A DNA stretch of 63,976 nucleotides, filler included, from Lama guanicoe (GCA_013239625.1; 73 parts of 73 records of this genome joined end to end with filler, not necessarily neighbours in it), one strand, 5' to 3'. Positions 1-13,045 are shown, counted from the first letter of the whole stretch. Notes: a model not told the origin generated them from the letters alone. A program made the numbers and translations.

Positions 1-1222
1 CTGGGAATTCCTGAAACCCCCGCAAACATTCCCTGGCAGAGAGACATTACGAAATCCATCAGGGCAGACGAGCTTATGCATTCCGTTAGTACCCACGCGC
101 TGCCGACCGTTGGTGGAACCTCCCCACGCTCAGGATTCCGGAACCATAATCAGTGCGTGGGGGAGCTCGAGAGACATCTCCACGCAACTCTCTTCAGTCA
201 CAAGTGTTCCCGGTTCGGGGAAAGTCCCAGAAATATCTTCCCTGACCTTACATTGAGCTGGCTGCTACTGGACCTGGGCATTCCAGCGCAGATCCCTAGC
301 ATTCACTGGTAGCCAGAACATAGCAAAACCCTCAGGGGAGACGAGCTTAGTAAATTCGTTAGAACTCACGTGCTGCCGACCGTTGGTGGAACCCCCCGAC
401 TCTCAGGAATCCGCAAAAAATTGTCAGTGCGTGGGGGAGCCTGAGAGACAACTCCACGCTGATCTCTTCAGTCACAGGTGTTCCCTATACGGGGGAAGTC
501 AGAGAAATACATTCCTTAACCTTGGGGTGGCATCCGCTGACCCTGGGAATTGCAGCGCAGATCCCTAGCATTACCTTGCAGCCAGACATTAGGAAAACCT
601 TCAGGGGAAACGAGCTTANNNNNNNNNNNNNNNNNNNNNNNNNNNNNNNNNNNNNNNNNNNNNNNNNNNNNNNNNNNNNNNNNNNNNNNNNNNNNNNNNN
701 NNNNNNNNNNNNNNNNNNNNNNNNNNNNNNNNNNNNNNNNNNNNNNNNNNNNNNNNNNNNNNNNNNNNNNNNNNNNNNNNNNNNNNNNNNNNNNNNNNNN
801 NNNNNNNNNNNNNNNNNNNNNNNNNNNNNNNNNNNNNNNNNNNNNNNNNNNNNNNNNNNNNNNNNNNNNNNNNNNNNNNNNNNNNNNNNNNNNNNNNNNN
901 NNNNNNNNNNNNNNNNNNNNNNNNNNNNNNNNNNNNNNNNNNNNNNNNNNNNNNNNNNNNNNNNNNNNNNNNNNNNNNNNNNNNNNNNNNNNNNNNNNNN
1001 NNNNNNNNNNNNNNNNNNNNNNNNNNNNNNNNNNNNNNNNNNNNNNNNNNNNNNNNNNNNNNNNNNNNNNNNNNNNNNNNNNNNNNNNNNNNNNNNNNNN
1101 NNNNNNNNCCTGGCAAAGTTAGGAATACAATCACGGGTGAAGAGCTTAGGCATTCCCTTAGAACCCATGAAAAATAATCAGTGCGTTGGGGAGCTCGAGA
1201 GAAAACTCCACGCAGCTCTCTT
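1..1222 (+). repeat. Satellite A, ~270-bp GC-rich tandem repeat (divergent variant)
   Basis: (G/A)ACGAGCTTA recurs at 67, 340 and 609; GGGGAGCTCGAGAGA..CTCCACGCAGCTCTCTTCAGTCACA is shared with the other A scaffolds; internal N gap. Confidence 0.93.
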
Positions 1223-1484
1223 NNNNNNNNNNNNNNNNNNNNNNNNNNNNNNNNNNNNNNNNNNNNTTAATTAATTAANNNNNNNNNNNNNNNNNNNNNN
1301 NNNNNNNNNNNNNNNNNNNNNNTGTGATCAAGGAGGCTGACATAGAGCACCGGCCGGCTCACGAAACGACTCTGTCGCCCTCTCGTCCCACCTAAGTCAT
1401 CTAACACAGTAATCCGTTGATCTCTAACTAAAACTAGAACACGGGTTGGGCTGGAAAGTAATATTTTTTCCTACAATATATACA

Positions 1485-1920
1485 TGTTGTCAACTAAAAA
1501 TTGGCACTTGTCATCTGCCTCTGATTTGGTTAAGTCATGAGCCACTGCACTGCTGGCCTCCAACACCCTCTGAACATCAGGAATGGGGTGCTCTGTGCTC
1601 TGGGAAAGTGGGCAGAAAAGTCTTCAGATAGTTAGACATTTTCAGGAAATTTTATGAGCCCAAATTCTTGCATCTCCTCCTATCTAGAAAAGCACTAAAA
1701 CCATTAACAGAGACACCTGCTCCTTGACTAGCAGTAGCCTCTGCCTAAACGTGTACTGGACCGCACGTCCCTCTTCACTGAAATCTTATATAATTCTGAG
1801 CTCCCCCTCATCTTCAGAGCAGTTCCTCCAAGCTCTCTGAGATAATGTCACCTGGACTCTGGTCCTCATTTTGCCCCAGATAAATAACCAACATCTCTCA
1901 AATTTTGTGGTTTATCAACA
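1485..1920 (+). mobile_element. Solo LTR, ERV1 class (MER41-like)
   Basis: TGTTG...CAACA termini, TATA-like TATATAA near 1787; 3' end resembles the LTR end at 56084-56162. No clear TSD. Family assigned from memory. Confidence 0.7.
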
Positions 1921-2382
1921 GTACCACAGAAATCAAGTTTACATACTTGAACTCATAGTAAACATCCAGTATCAAACATTTCTTGATTTAAATTCCTATT
2001 TAAATGTAAATAATTATTCCATTTCTTAAATATAACATTTTTAAATATAAATTAACAGATATTTGTGAAACTTCGAAAAATATAGTCTAGAAAAATTTTA
2101 GCAACTAAAAAANNNNNNNNNNNNNNNNNNNNNNNNNNNNNNNNNNNNNNNNNNNNNNNNNNNNNNNNNNNNNNNNNNNNNNNNNNNNNNNNNNNNNNNN
2201 NNNNNNNNNNNNNNNNNNNNNNNNNNNNNNNNNNNNNNNNAACAGAAAACACTAATTTCCTGGTCTTTGAGAAACCAAGGCTTCCTCTGCTGGTGCAGGG
2301 CTGAACTTTACGAAAATGGGTCGTGAGAAAGAATCAGAATATGGGGACCTGAGTGAGGCAGCGGAAGAAAGGAGGGTCTCAC

Positions 2383-2442
2383 CTGGTCGTGGGTGAGAAT
2401 TAGGCTCCCGCAGTGCTGGTGTGATGGGCATCGCTCAAGTGC
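2383..2442 (-). other. Candidate 60-nt exon of an unidentified gene
   Basis: Minus strand reads ttttcag|GCACTT...GACCAG|gtgaga; one open frame ALERCPSHQHCGSLILTHDQ. Confidence 0.3.
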
Positions 2443-2549
2443 CTGAAAANNNNNNNNNNNNNNNNNNNNNNNNNNNNNNNNNNNNNNNNNNNNTTAATTA
2501 ATTAANNNNNNNNNNNNNNNNNNNNNNNNNNNNNNNNNNNNNNNNNNNN

Positions 2550-2937
2550 TTAACATGCAATGTAGAACACATAATTAAGACTATAGAATACAGGATACAG
2601 AATATAGAATGTACAATATAGAATGTAAAACACAGAATATAGAATATAGAATATGGAATACTGAGTATAAATATTAGAATATAGAATGTAGGTCACAGAA
2701 TGTAGAATATAGAATAAGGAATGCATAATATAGAATACAGAATATAGAATGTAGAACACAGAATATAGAATATGGAAAACAGAATACAGAACACAGAATT
2801 TAGAACATGATGCAGAACACATAGATATAGAATACAGAATACTGAATACAGATTTAGAACATGGAATGAAGAACACAGAAACTAGAATATAGAATACAGA
2901 ATACTGAATATAGAATTTATAATATAGAATGGAATGT
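2550..2937 (-). repeat. Satellite D, degenerate heptamer (TAGAATA)n
   Basis: Continuous AGAATAT/AGAACAC/AGAATTT variants. Confidence 0.95.
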
Positions 2938-3037
2938 NNNNNNNNNNNNNNNNNNNNNNNNNNNNNNNNNNNNNNNNNNNNTTAATTAATTAANNNNNNN
3001 NNNNNNNNNNNNNNNNNNNNNNNNNNNNNNNNNNNNN

Positions 3038-3591
3038 TCAGGGTAATGGTAGCCTCATAGAATAACTTTGGGAATTTTCCTTCCTCTTTCATTTTTAAAA
3101 TAGCTGGGGGAAAGGGGTTTTACTGAAAGCATCTCGGCATTTTGTTCAAGGGGTGTTTTTAAATTATATATTTAATTTAACTTATACTGATTATTCTTTT
3201 CAAGTTCTCAGTTTTCTTTTTATTCAGTGTTGGCAGGCTGTACATTTCTAGAAATTTGTCCATTTCCTTTAGGTCGTCCAGTTGGTTGTCATGTAACAGC
3301 TCATAGTGCTTACATAATCATTTTTTGTATTTCTGTAATATCAGATGTTATTTCTATTGTTTCATTTCTTATTTTGTTAGGGTACAGTCTCTGTATTTCT
3401 TGATAAGGCTGGCTAAATGTATACCTGTTTGTTAATATTTTTAAGGAAATTAAAGCTGTTGATTATATGATTTGTTATTTAATTTTCAACTTTTATTCTA
3501 TTTATTTTCAACATAATCATTAAAGATTTGTCATTCTACTACCTTTGTGTTTTGTTTGTTCTTATTTCTCTCTATTTTGTGTAGTATGCTT
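3038..3591 (-). mobile_element. Degenerate L1 ORF2 fragment
   Basis: Starts TCAGGGTAATGGTAGCCTCATAGAAT, the antisense of the L1 ORF2 NSFYEASITL region; many stops. Confidence 0.8.
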
Positions 3592-5396
3592 NNNNNNNNN
3601 NNNNNNNNNNNNNNNNNNNNNNNNNNNNNNNNNNNNNNNNNNNNNNNNNNNNNNNNNNNNNNNNNNNNNNNNNNNNNNNNNNNNNNNNNNNNNNNNNNNN
3701 NNNNNNNNNNNNNNNNNNNNNNNNNNNNNNNNNNNNNNNNNNNNNNNNNNNNNNNNNNNNNNNNNNNNNNNNNNNNNNNNNNNNNNNNNNNNNNNNNNNN
3801 NNNNNNNNNNNNNNNNNNNNNNNNNNNNNNNNNNNNNNNNNNNNNNNNNNNNNNNNNNNNNNNNNNNNNNNNNNNNNNNNNNNNNNNNNNNNNNNNNNNN
3901 NNNNNNNNNNNNNNNNNNNNNNNNNNNNNNNNNNNNNNNNNNNNNNNNNNNNNNNNNNNNNNNNNNNNNNNNNNNNNNNNNNNNNNNNNNNNNNNNNNNN
4001 NNNNNNNNNNNNNNNNNNNNNNNNNNNNNNNNNNNNNNNNNNNNNNNNNNNNNNNNNNNNNNNNNNNNNNNNNNNNNNNNNNNNNNNNNNNNNNNNNNNN
4101 NNNNNNNNNNNNNNCATGAGAATAAGGAGTTAAACTCATTTACTATTATTGTTTTATAATGAATTAATTTTTTCTTGTCTACTAAAATTTCTTTTTATAT
4201 CTAGGATCTACAGTGTTTCATCCATATATAATTTAATGAGTTTAATATCCTATTTTTTTATTGATCCTTTTTTCTTTATATAATCTCATATNNNNNNNNN
4301 NNNNNNNNNNNNNNNNNNNNNNNNNNNNNNNNNNNTTAATTAATTAANNNNNNNNNNNNNNNNNNNNNNNNNNNNNNNNNNNNNNNNNNNNTCTTTTTCC
4401 ATTGGACATATAAGACTTAAATCTACTGTTATTGTCTGCCATTCAGTCATACAGTAACAACAAAAGTGGGCTTAATGTTTCTAATAAACATCATCAGAGT
4501 CATGAACATGATAATCAGAGCTGATGGTAGCGGAGGTGGGTACCAGGATGATGAATTTTCTTCTTCGCAATAAAATTGTATATTATTTTTAAGTAATTAA
4601 AAGATAAATTTTATAGCAAAATTCAAAGTCTTTACATTTTTCACAGTTTAAACATTGAAGAATCACTGGTTTCCCTGTAACAAAGGGCAAAGAAATAGCC
4701 ACCCTTCATCTACAGTGAACTACATCATTAATGCCATACATCAGAACTTCGAGAGTTATTTCCCGTTTAATCTTCCTGGCTCTGCTTTATAATTTCTCCC
4801 CACATTTCCCATTTGAGCTGATGTTTTTTATTGCTTCAGCTCAACACAAAAAGTTAACTTGGGTACAGGAAATGTTCATTTTTTAAAAAATGAAAGTATT
4901 TTGCTTAGAAGGACTATTTAAAAAAGGGCTTGGATGGATTCAGCAAGAGGATATGCTTTGATACAGTGAAAGAAATTGGCTTCACAAATAAAATGAGATT
5001 TTTTTTAATGCAAATGACCTCATACTGATACATGTTGCAGTGAGTATGCATTTGGATGCTTTTAAAAAAGAATTTCAGCGTGGAAAGAGAGATCTGGAAA
5101 GTGGTAGGAAGCCAAAGCATCACACAAATACAATTCGAATAACCCTTGGCCTGAGAAATGTGGGAATCGTGATTCAGAAATAGAGTGCCATTTGCAGAAG
5201 TAAAACCCGTTTACTTCAAGTGCTTCTTATTGCATAGAGGGGAAAAGTGACAGAAACCAACATACATTCTGCCACTCCCCACTCCTGTAGACATGANNNN
5301 NNNNNNNNNNNNNNNNNNNNNNNNNNNNNNNNNNNNNNNNTTAATTAATTAANNNNNNNNNNNNNNNNNNNNNNNNNNNNNNNNNNNNNNNNNNNN

Positions 5397-6524
5397 TGCA
5401 TTCCGTATTCTATATTCTATATTCTGTGTTCTACCTTCTATATTCAGAATTCTATATTCAGTATTCCCTATGCTATATTCTAAATTCTGTGTTTTGCATT
5501 CCATGTTCTAAATTCTTGGTTCTATAAACTATATTCTATATTCTCTATTCTGTGTTCTACATCCTATATTCTAAATACTCTATTCGGATTCTATATTATG
5601 AATTATATGAATTCTGTGTTCTACATTCTATATTCTAAATTCTATATTCGGTATTATGTAATCTATATTCTTAATTCTGTGTTCTGCATTGCATGTTCTT
5701 AATGCTGGATTCTATACTCTGTATTTTACATTCTATAGTCTGTGTTCTACATTCTATAGTCTGTGTTCTACATTCTATATTCTAAATTCAATATTCAGTA
5801 TTCTTTATTCTATATTCTAAATTCGGTGTTCTACATTCTATATTCTATGTTCTATATTCAGTATTCTTTATTCTATATTCTAAATTCNNNNNNNNNNNNN
5901 NNNNNNNNNNNNNNNNNNNNNNNNNNNNNNNNNNNNNNNNNNNNNNNNNNNNNNNNNNNNNNNNNNNNNNNNNNNNNNNNNNNNNNNNNNNNNNNNNNNN
6001 NNNNNNNNNNNNNNNNNNNNNNNNCATTCAATTTTTAAATTGTTTATTAAGTATTCTGTATACTATATTCTAAATTCTGTGTTCTGTAATCCATGTTCTA
6101 AATTCTGGGTTCTATATCCTCTTTTCTATCTTCTATATTCTGTGTTCTACATTCTATATTCTAAATTCTATATTCAGCATTCTGTATTCTATATTCAAAA
6201 TTTTGTGTTCTACATTCTATATTCAAAAATCTATATGCAGTATTATGTATTCTATTATCTAAATTCTGTGTTCTGCTCTCCATGTTCAAAATTCTGGGTT
6301 CTCTATTCTCTATTCTATATTCTGTGTTCTACATTGTATATTGTAAAGTCTATATTCAGTATTCTGTATTCTATATTGTAAATTCTGTGTTCTGCATTCC
6401 ATGTTCTAAATTCTTGGTTCTATAAGCTTTATTCTATATTCTATATTCAGTGTTCTTCATTCTATATTCTATATTCCATATACAGTATTCTGTATTCCAT
6501 ATTCTAAATTCTGGATTCTGATTC
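5397..6524 (+). repeat. Satellite D (TATTCTA)n
   Basis: Heptamer variants with recurring TTCTGTGTTCTGCATTCCATGTTCTAAATTCTGGGTT. Confidence 0.95.
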
Positions 6525-6624
6525 NNNNNNNNNNNNNNNNNNNNNNNNNNNNNNNNNNNNNNNNNNNNTTAATTAATTAANNNNNNNNNNNNNNNNNNNN
6601 NNNNNNNNNNNNNNNNNNNNNNNN

Positions 6625-6775
6625 CAAAAAAGTAAGAATCCCTCAGTGTTTTGAGCCACTTAGCGTAAGGGAATCAAAATCACGTGGATCCAAAACTCTT
6701 GAGCATATAAGTATTGTGGGTGGGAGGGTTTCATCATAAAAGTGTTGAGAAATGACCTCTTCGTTTCCCTTGACT
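6625..6775 (-). repeat. Dispersed duplicated segment, paralogous to 12892-13045
   Basis: Reverse complement aligns without gaps by eye (TTCTCAACACTTTT..ACCCTCCCACCCACAATACT..ATGCTCAAGAG..TCCACGTGATTTTG..TAAGTGGCTCAAA). Confidence 0.9.
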
Positions 6776-7816
6776 TTCCCAGTAAGTATGGGGAGCAGAA
6801 GTGAAAACCCCCTGCTTCACAGTTGAAGGTGCTGTTTTGTGCAAAATTGACCAAAGTTTGGAGANNNNNNNNNNNNNNGTTGCTGGCAAATGAAGAGGCT
6901 TCTGTATTGGGTGGGGCACTTGCTGTGACTTGCAGGTGACCTGCTGGCTGGGGGCTGTGAGGCGGGCAGTAGGTTTGCAGGGTGGCCCGGGCATAATCCC
7001 TGGCTCTGAGGCTGCCGGTCTGATTAGCATACCTGGGCACACGCAGTCGTAATGGGGAACCTCCCAATGTGGCCTGGGACATCTGCTGTGCTGAGGGCTA
7101 GAAGAGGGCTCCCCTGAGGGGGCGTCCCTGCGGAGAGTGGAAAGGTCCNNNNNNNNNNNNNNNNNNNNNNNNNNNNNNNNNNNNNNNNNNNNTTAATTAA
7201 TTAANNNNNNNNNNNNNNNNNNNNNNNNNNNNNNNNNNNNNNNNNNNNAGTTCATCCCTTGGGAAAGTCATATTCGCTGTGAATCACAGTTTTTTTTCTT
7301 TTTAATATCAGTATTGCCATTAAAAAATTTATTACTAAATTTCCCATATCTCAATTACTGGGTTTCAACGTGATGTCCAAACTGTGTCCTTATGAGTCCT
7401 TTAGAGAGAGCAGAATTTGGGCCATGCACAAGCTGGTAAGCAGAGCCACCCCGGGCAGACAGGTTCCCTAAAATAATCTCTGTTGGATTTCTCTGCACCA
7501 CATCAACACCATGTTCTCAACTGTGACATGTGAAGGGCACCCTGTGGTAGGACGGGAACAGGCCTGGATGGCCAGGCGCTGCCCTTCAGGGTCACCGCGT
7601 CTGTGCCCCCTGGGAAGGAAGGTGCCTTGTACCCACGGCTCAGGCCTGCTACGTAAATAGATAAAAGCCAGCGGGGTGTGGAGAACATGCGGGGTGAAAN
7701 NNNNNNNNNNNNNNNNNNNNNNNNNNNNNNNNNNNNNNNNNNNTTAATTAATTAANNNNNNNNNNNNNNNNNNNNNNNNNNNNNNNNNNNNNNNNNNNNC
7801 CAACTTGGAAACTCAC

Positions 7817-7881
7817 AGTGTCCGAAGAGCAGGCAGTGGTGGATGCTTCGGGGCACTCTGGAGGTAGTACTCCAGTGATGA
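7817..7881 (-). other. Candidate 65-nt internal exon
   Basis: Minus strand reads ctttttaaag|TCATCA...GACACT|gtgagt; GC-rich in AT-rich flank; all three frames open (e.g. SSLEYYLQSAPKHPPLPALRT). Confidence 0.4.
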
Positions 7882-9054
7882 CTTTAAAAAGCTTGGAGAA
7901 TTTAGGGGACCATACAGTTCAAATACAGAAAACTCATTCCATGTCTACAAATATTCATCTCTAGCCATGATGATTCAGAGAGTAAATACACATTCAAACG
8001 TACAACATTTTCCCACATAAGTGCATCAAAACAATTTGGAAAGAATTTAACTTTCTTCTCTAGATCACACAGTGGGGATTACAAGGTTTGTACTGACAGC
8101 CCTACTTATAAGTCATCTGCAAATGTAACTGGGTCCACTTCCTGTCATCATCATTCTAAGACAAGGATGGAAAAGAGCAAAGCCAAGGTAATACGCTCCA
8201 GCCTTTTGTTTGGTTACGATGTCACAGAGGAGACGGANNNNNNNNNNNNNNNNNNNNNNNNNNNNNNNNNNNNNNNNNNNNTTAATTAATTAANNNNNNN
8301 NNNNNNNNNNNNNNNNNNNNNNNNNNNNNNNNNNNNNTTGTATGATTTGTAAATGGTGTGTCAAATTTATATAAACAAGTTTTGACAGTATTCTCTTTAA
8401 CTATATTTCAGTATGTTCTTCATATATGATTAGTTTTTTTGCCATTCCTTTTATTCTATTATCTAAGATGAACCCTAGCATGGCTATTCCAAATTATCAC
8501 GTCACAACTAGTTAATGGCACAACTTTCAACGGTACTGGATTATTGTAGATTCTCTTCAGATCCAGGGACAATAATGGCTTCAACCCAACCACTCCAAGA
8601 AATTTTGAAATTTCCATGTTAACAGAAATGAATTTTTCCAAAGAAAGTGACTCTATTTCTATTCTATTCCAAAATGTTCAGGCTAGCACTATATTATGCT
8701 AAGAAATCTAAAATAATAATTGAGAACTAGATTGAATATAGGAATTTGGAGGTCACTATTATCTTCAATTGAAGGAGACTGGTGAGGAGCAATGAGGGTG
8801 ATTACATAAGATAAATGCAAATTTTGTCATTTACAGAGGAGAGTAACAATGCGGATGGTGGGAATCCTTTGAAGAAACTAGAATTGCTATATAGTAGCTG
8901 TCTCAGTTTACACAAAATGTTGTCATTCATTAAAAGGAGTCGTCTTATTGATACATATATCCATGAATTAAAGTGATGAGAATAGTTTCAATCTAAGGAA
9001 CATTGTTTTCTTCAGAAATTGACTAATGACATTGTATGATGCAATGTCTGAGCT

Positions 9055-9225
9055 TGTGTGGTTTGGAGTCACACATATCTTGGTTCAATCTGGAATGTAC
9101 CATTATCTAGCCCTGGATCTTTGCAAAGGCTCCACTCATCATCTTATTCTTTCCATTTGTAGGGTTGAAAAGAGTACTAAAATCATTGAGATAATGTGAG
9201 AATTAAATTTTTAAAAGCTGTATAA
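9055..9225. mobile_element. MIR SINE remnant
   Basis: TTTGGAGTCA..GGTTCAATC..CCATTTGTA..GTGAGAATTAAAT pattern. Confidence 0.55.
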
Positions 9226-10004
9226 AAAACTCCTTNNNNNNNNNNNNNNNNNNNNNNNNNNNNNNNNNNNNNNNNNNNNTTAATTAATTAANNNNNNNNN
9301 NNNNNNNNNNNNNNNNNNNNNNNNNNNNNNNNNNNTCCAGCAGTTTGGCCTTACCTTATGTGTTCCAATCATTATGTGACTTAGTATCCTAGGGTAACCT
9401 GTGCCTTATTAAAAACCAGGAGTCACCAGCCCTTTCCTATCCAGTACTCAGTTAATACAGATTAGAATTGCCCTGAGAACTAGTTGGAGCCCCATCCCCT
9501 TCATAGAGTCTTCCCTATTTACTCCAAATACTTCTAACTCCTCTTTGTATTCCTGCAATAATTATGATCGGTAGCCTGTTATCTTGGCTTAGAGTACTGA
9601 CTTGGTACCATTCCCGGGTGGTTTCCAATGTGTCTCCTCACTTAGCTCGTAACTGAAGAAGACTCCCTTGTTCAGGCTTCTTTATACCCCACACNNNNNN
9701 NNNNNNNNNNNNNNNNNNNNNNNNNNNNNNNNNNNNNNNNNNNNNNNNNNNNNNNNNNNNNNNNNNNNNNNNNNNNNNNNNNNTTAATTCAGTGTTGCAA
9801 TTAAAAAAGAAAGCCAAGAAAATCCATAAGACTTTATCTCCATGTTCACTTTAGCGCTTTACCTCAACAGTTTTCTTAACTCTGTGTTTACATTCACATT
9901 GTGTTCAATGTTTGTACAGTTCCCTGAGGCAAGCAGGTGAGATGTCATTATGTTTGACTTTCACGTTACATTTCATATTGGATATATTTGTGCAATGACA
10001 AAAC

Positions 10005-10140
10005 CTTCTGTTATAAGTAAACAGCTGGAAGCCCAGAGAGACTAAGAGCCTAACCCAGGGTCACCTGGTTAGTGTTTGGCACACGCCAGGACCACGGTTC
10101 ATACCTTCCAGGTGATCCTCTTCCAGTGCCTTTTCATTCC
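10005..10140. mobile_element. MIR SINE remnant
   Basis: GCCCAGAGAG..CCCAGGGTCAC..GTTAGTG core-like sequence. Confidence 0.5.
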
Positions 10141-10494
10141 AGTNNNNNNNNNNNNNNNNNNNNNNNNNNNNNNNNNNNNNNNNNNNNTTAATTAATTAAN
10201 NNNNNNNNNNNNNNNNNNNNNNNNNNNNNNNNNNNNNNNNNNNCCATTTTTATGAATTTATCTTCCCATGGTTTCGTTTAAGTATTGAATCTGCATTTTC
10301 TCTTCACTCTCAGTTTTGCCTTTTTATTGTTATGTTTGTTAAGCTGTGTTTAAAAAAATTGTTTAAATTCTCTTTTAGCAAGAGGCTGAATGTAAATAAA
10401 TATGTAAACAAACAGCATACTTAAATGGTTTTATACATTCTAAGCTGTTTAGTAGTTACTTAAAAACCGAATTGAATATTAAAGTGATAACATT

Positions 10495-10640
10495 TTTAAA
10501 TTATTTTTTAATTTTTTCTAAAGATATAGCTGAATTAAAATATGATATAAGTTTCACGTGTACAATAGATGCTCCAATTATTGTTACTGTAAAACATTGG
10601 CTGTATTCCCTGTGTTGTAAGATACAACCCTCTAGCGTGT
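10495..10640 (-). mobile_element. L1 3' end remnant
   Basis: AAAACATTGGCTGTATTCCCTGTGTTGTA matches an antisense L1 3'UTR; T-rich tail upstream. Confidence 0.6.
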
Positions 10641-11275
10641 TTACATTACATGTTGCAGTTTGTATAAGAAAGTTGGGTAATGCAGAGTCTGGGACGTGGC
10701 TGTGTCTGACCCACATTCACGCTCACCCTGCCTGTCAGAGCTCAGGCCCTCACTATTGTCTGCAGGGGAGCGAGTGGAGGCAGCTCTCATCAGAACTGGC
10801 ACCACCCTCTGAGTGGCAGTGACAGCAGTGATTGTGTGTGGACGTGCAAATTGTTGTTCCAAGAACTTAACATGCATTTCTGCATTTAATAATTAAAGCC
10901 CTCCTATGAGAAAGTGTTTTAGGTTTTTAATGAATAATGCATTTTATTTTGATAAACCTCCGGAAAAATGTCAAGAGTAGTACAAAAAACGCTTAGATAC
11001 AGTTCAACCTTAAAGGGCACTATTTGGCCTTTTTTGTCTGGCTTATTTTAGCATAATGTTTCAACTTTCATCCATATTGTAGCCTGAATCATACGTTATT
11101 CTTTTTGTTTGATAATATACTTTTTGTTTTTTTCATTTTTTGTCTATTTAAAAATATTTTCATTGAAGTCTAGTCNNNNNNNNNNNNNNNNNNNNNNNNN
11201 NNNNNNNNNNNNNNNNNNNTTAATTAATTAANNNNNNNNNNNNNNNNNNNNNNNNNNNNNNNNNNNNNNNNNNNN

Positions 11276-11481
11276 TTTGGTGGAACCTCCCCACGCTCAG
11301 CATTCCGGAAACATTGTCAGTGCGTGGGGGAGCTCGAGCGACAACTCCACGCAGCTCTCTTCAGTCACAGGTGTTCCCTGTACGGGGAAGTCCGAGAAAT
11401 ATCTTCCCTGACCGTGGGGAGGCAGCCGCTAACACTGGGATATCCGGCAAACCCCCCTAGCATTCCCTGGCACAGAGACAT
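11276..11481 (+). repeat. Satellite A (partial monomer)
   Basis: GGTGGAACCTCCCCACGCTCAG...CCTAGCATTCCCTGGCACAGAGACAT. Confidence 0.95.
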
Positions 11482-11675
11482 NNNNNNNNNNNNNNNNNNN
11501 NNNNNNNNNNNNNNNNNNNNNNNNNTTAATTAATTAANNNNNNNNNNNNNNNNNNNNNNNNNNNNNNNNNNNNNNNNNNNNTGCTGACAGAAGTGATCTC
11601 CTCCACCTGACACATCGTGCCTGTCACGTCTTCCTAAAGGGTAGCGTTTCCAATCTCTTCTTAAAGAGATCGGAA

Positions 11676-11908
11676 GGATTAAACTGGGAGTTCGAGATTT
11701 GCAGATACTGACTGGTATAGATTAAACAGATAAACAAGTTTATACTGTACAGCACAGGGAACTATATTCAATATCTTGTAGCAGCTTACGGTGAAAAAGA
11801 ATATGAAAATAAATATAGGTATGTTCATGTGTGACTGAAGCATCGTGCTGTACACCAGAAATTGACACAGCATTGTAAACTGACCATAACTCAATGAAAA
11901 AGAAAAGA
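11676..11908 (+). mobile_element. 5'-truncated camelid-type L1 3' end
   Basis: AAACTGGGAGTTCGAGATTTGCAGATACTG...GAAATTGACACAGCATTGTAAACTGAC plus A-rich tail; close to 18860-19090. Confidence 0.9.
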
Positions 11909-12891
11909 TAGACTCTGTCAAGTGCAAACACATTCTATGCTTAAGGCATTGCACCATGTGTGGGGTGAACTGCCAAGATTTACAGAAACTGCCACCCCCC
12001 AAAAAGAGCATATAACACAGTTTTAGGAATACAACATATACCAAAAATATTTATAAAAGCAGACTATCATAAATCGAAATTGGAGATTTCTCCAGAAGAG
12101 AAAATGGATTATGCTGGGAATTCGGAAAGTATTTAGCAGCAAAAATAAGACAGCAGCAGTGCATGTAGTTGCTCATGGAATTATACCAGAGCTGTCAAGT
12201 AGACTTGGGGATGACCTGCACATAGGAAATTCTCTGGNNNNNNNNNNNNNNNNNNNNNNNNNNNNNNNNNNNNNNNNNNNNTTAATTAATTAANNNNNNN
12301 NNNNNNNNNNNNNNNNNNNNNNNNNNNNNNNNNNNNNCAAGTTCATATCTACAGAGAAACCACTTATTGAAGTTTTTATTTTAGTCGTTATACTTGTATG
12401 TCTAGAATTTCTAGTTGGTTTTTATTATAAATTTTATTTATTGTTATTCTCTGTACAATGAGATGAGCACATAATTTAATCCTTTAGGCATGGTTTCTGT
12501 TAGTTTTTTGAACATATGTGTAATTGCTTATTTATGTCTTTGTCTAGTAAGTCCAGTGTCNNNNNNNNNNNNNNNNNNNNNNNNNNNNNNNNNNNNNNNN
12601 NNNNNNNNNNNNNNNNNNNNNNNNNNNNNNNNNNNNNNNNNNNNNNNNNNNNNNNNNNNNNNNNNNNNNNNNNNNNNNNNNNNNNNNNNNNNNNNNNNNN
12701 NNNNNNNNGCCTGATTTTTCTCCAGGCTTTATCGTTGCTTTAATTGTCATTGCTGCTGCTGCTATTTATTTAGTTACTTTCCTGAACAAATNNNNNNNNN
12801 NNNNNNNNNNNNNNNNNNNNNNNNNNNNNNNNNNNTTAATTAATTAANNNNNNNNNNNNNNNNNNNNNNNNNNNNNNNNNNNNNNNNNNNN

Positions 12892-13045
12892 AACATCGAG
12901 GGAAACCAAAAGTCCTTTTCTCAACACTTTTCTAATGACACCCTCCCACCCACAATACTCACATGCTCAAGAGCTTTGCGTCCACGTGATTTTGTTTCCC
13001 TAACGGTAAGTGGCTCAAAGCACTGCAGGATTTTTTCTTTTTTGA
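12892..13045 (+). repeat. Dispersed duplicated segment, paralogous to 6625-6775
   Basis: See 6625-6775. Confidence 0.9.

Noticed and set aside
350..372. CENP-B box in satellite A (TTCGTTAGAA)
   Set aside because: Only the TTCG..A half matches; the required CGGG is absent, and other monomers read TTCCGTT.
9600..9694. Minus-strand TATA box (GGGTATAAAG): possible LTR or promoter
   Set aside because: Single motif beside a gap with no supporting termini or exon.
10680..10780. Immunoglobulin V-like remnant (TTCACGCTCACC..TATTGTCTGCAG)
   Set aside because: Spacing to the YC motif is wrong, with no RSS heptamer and no upstream framework.
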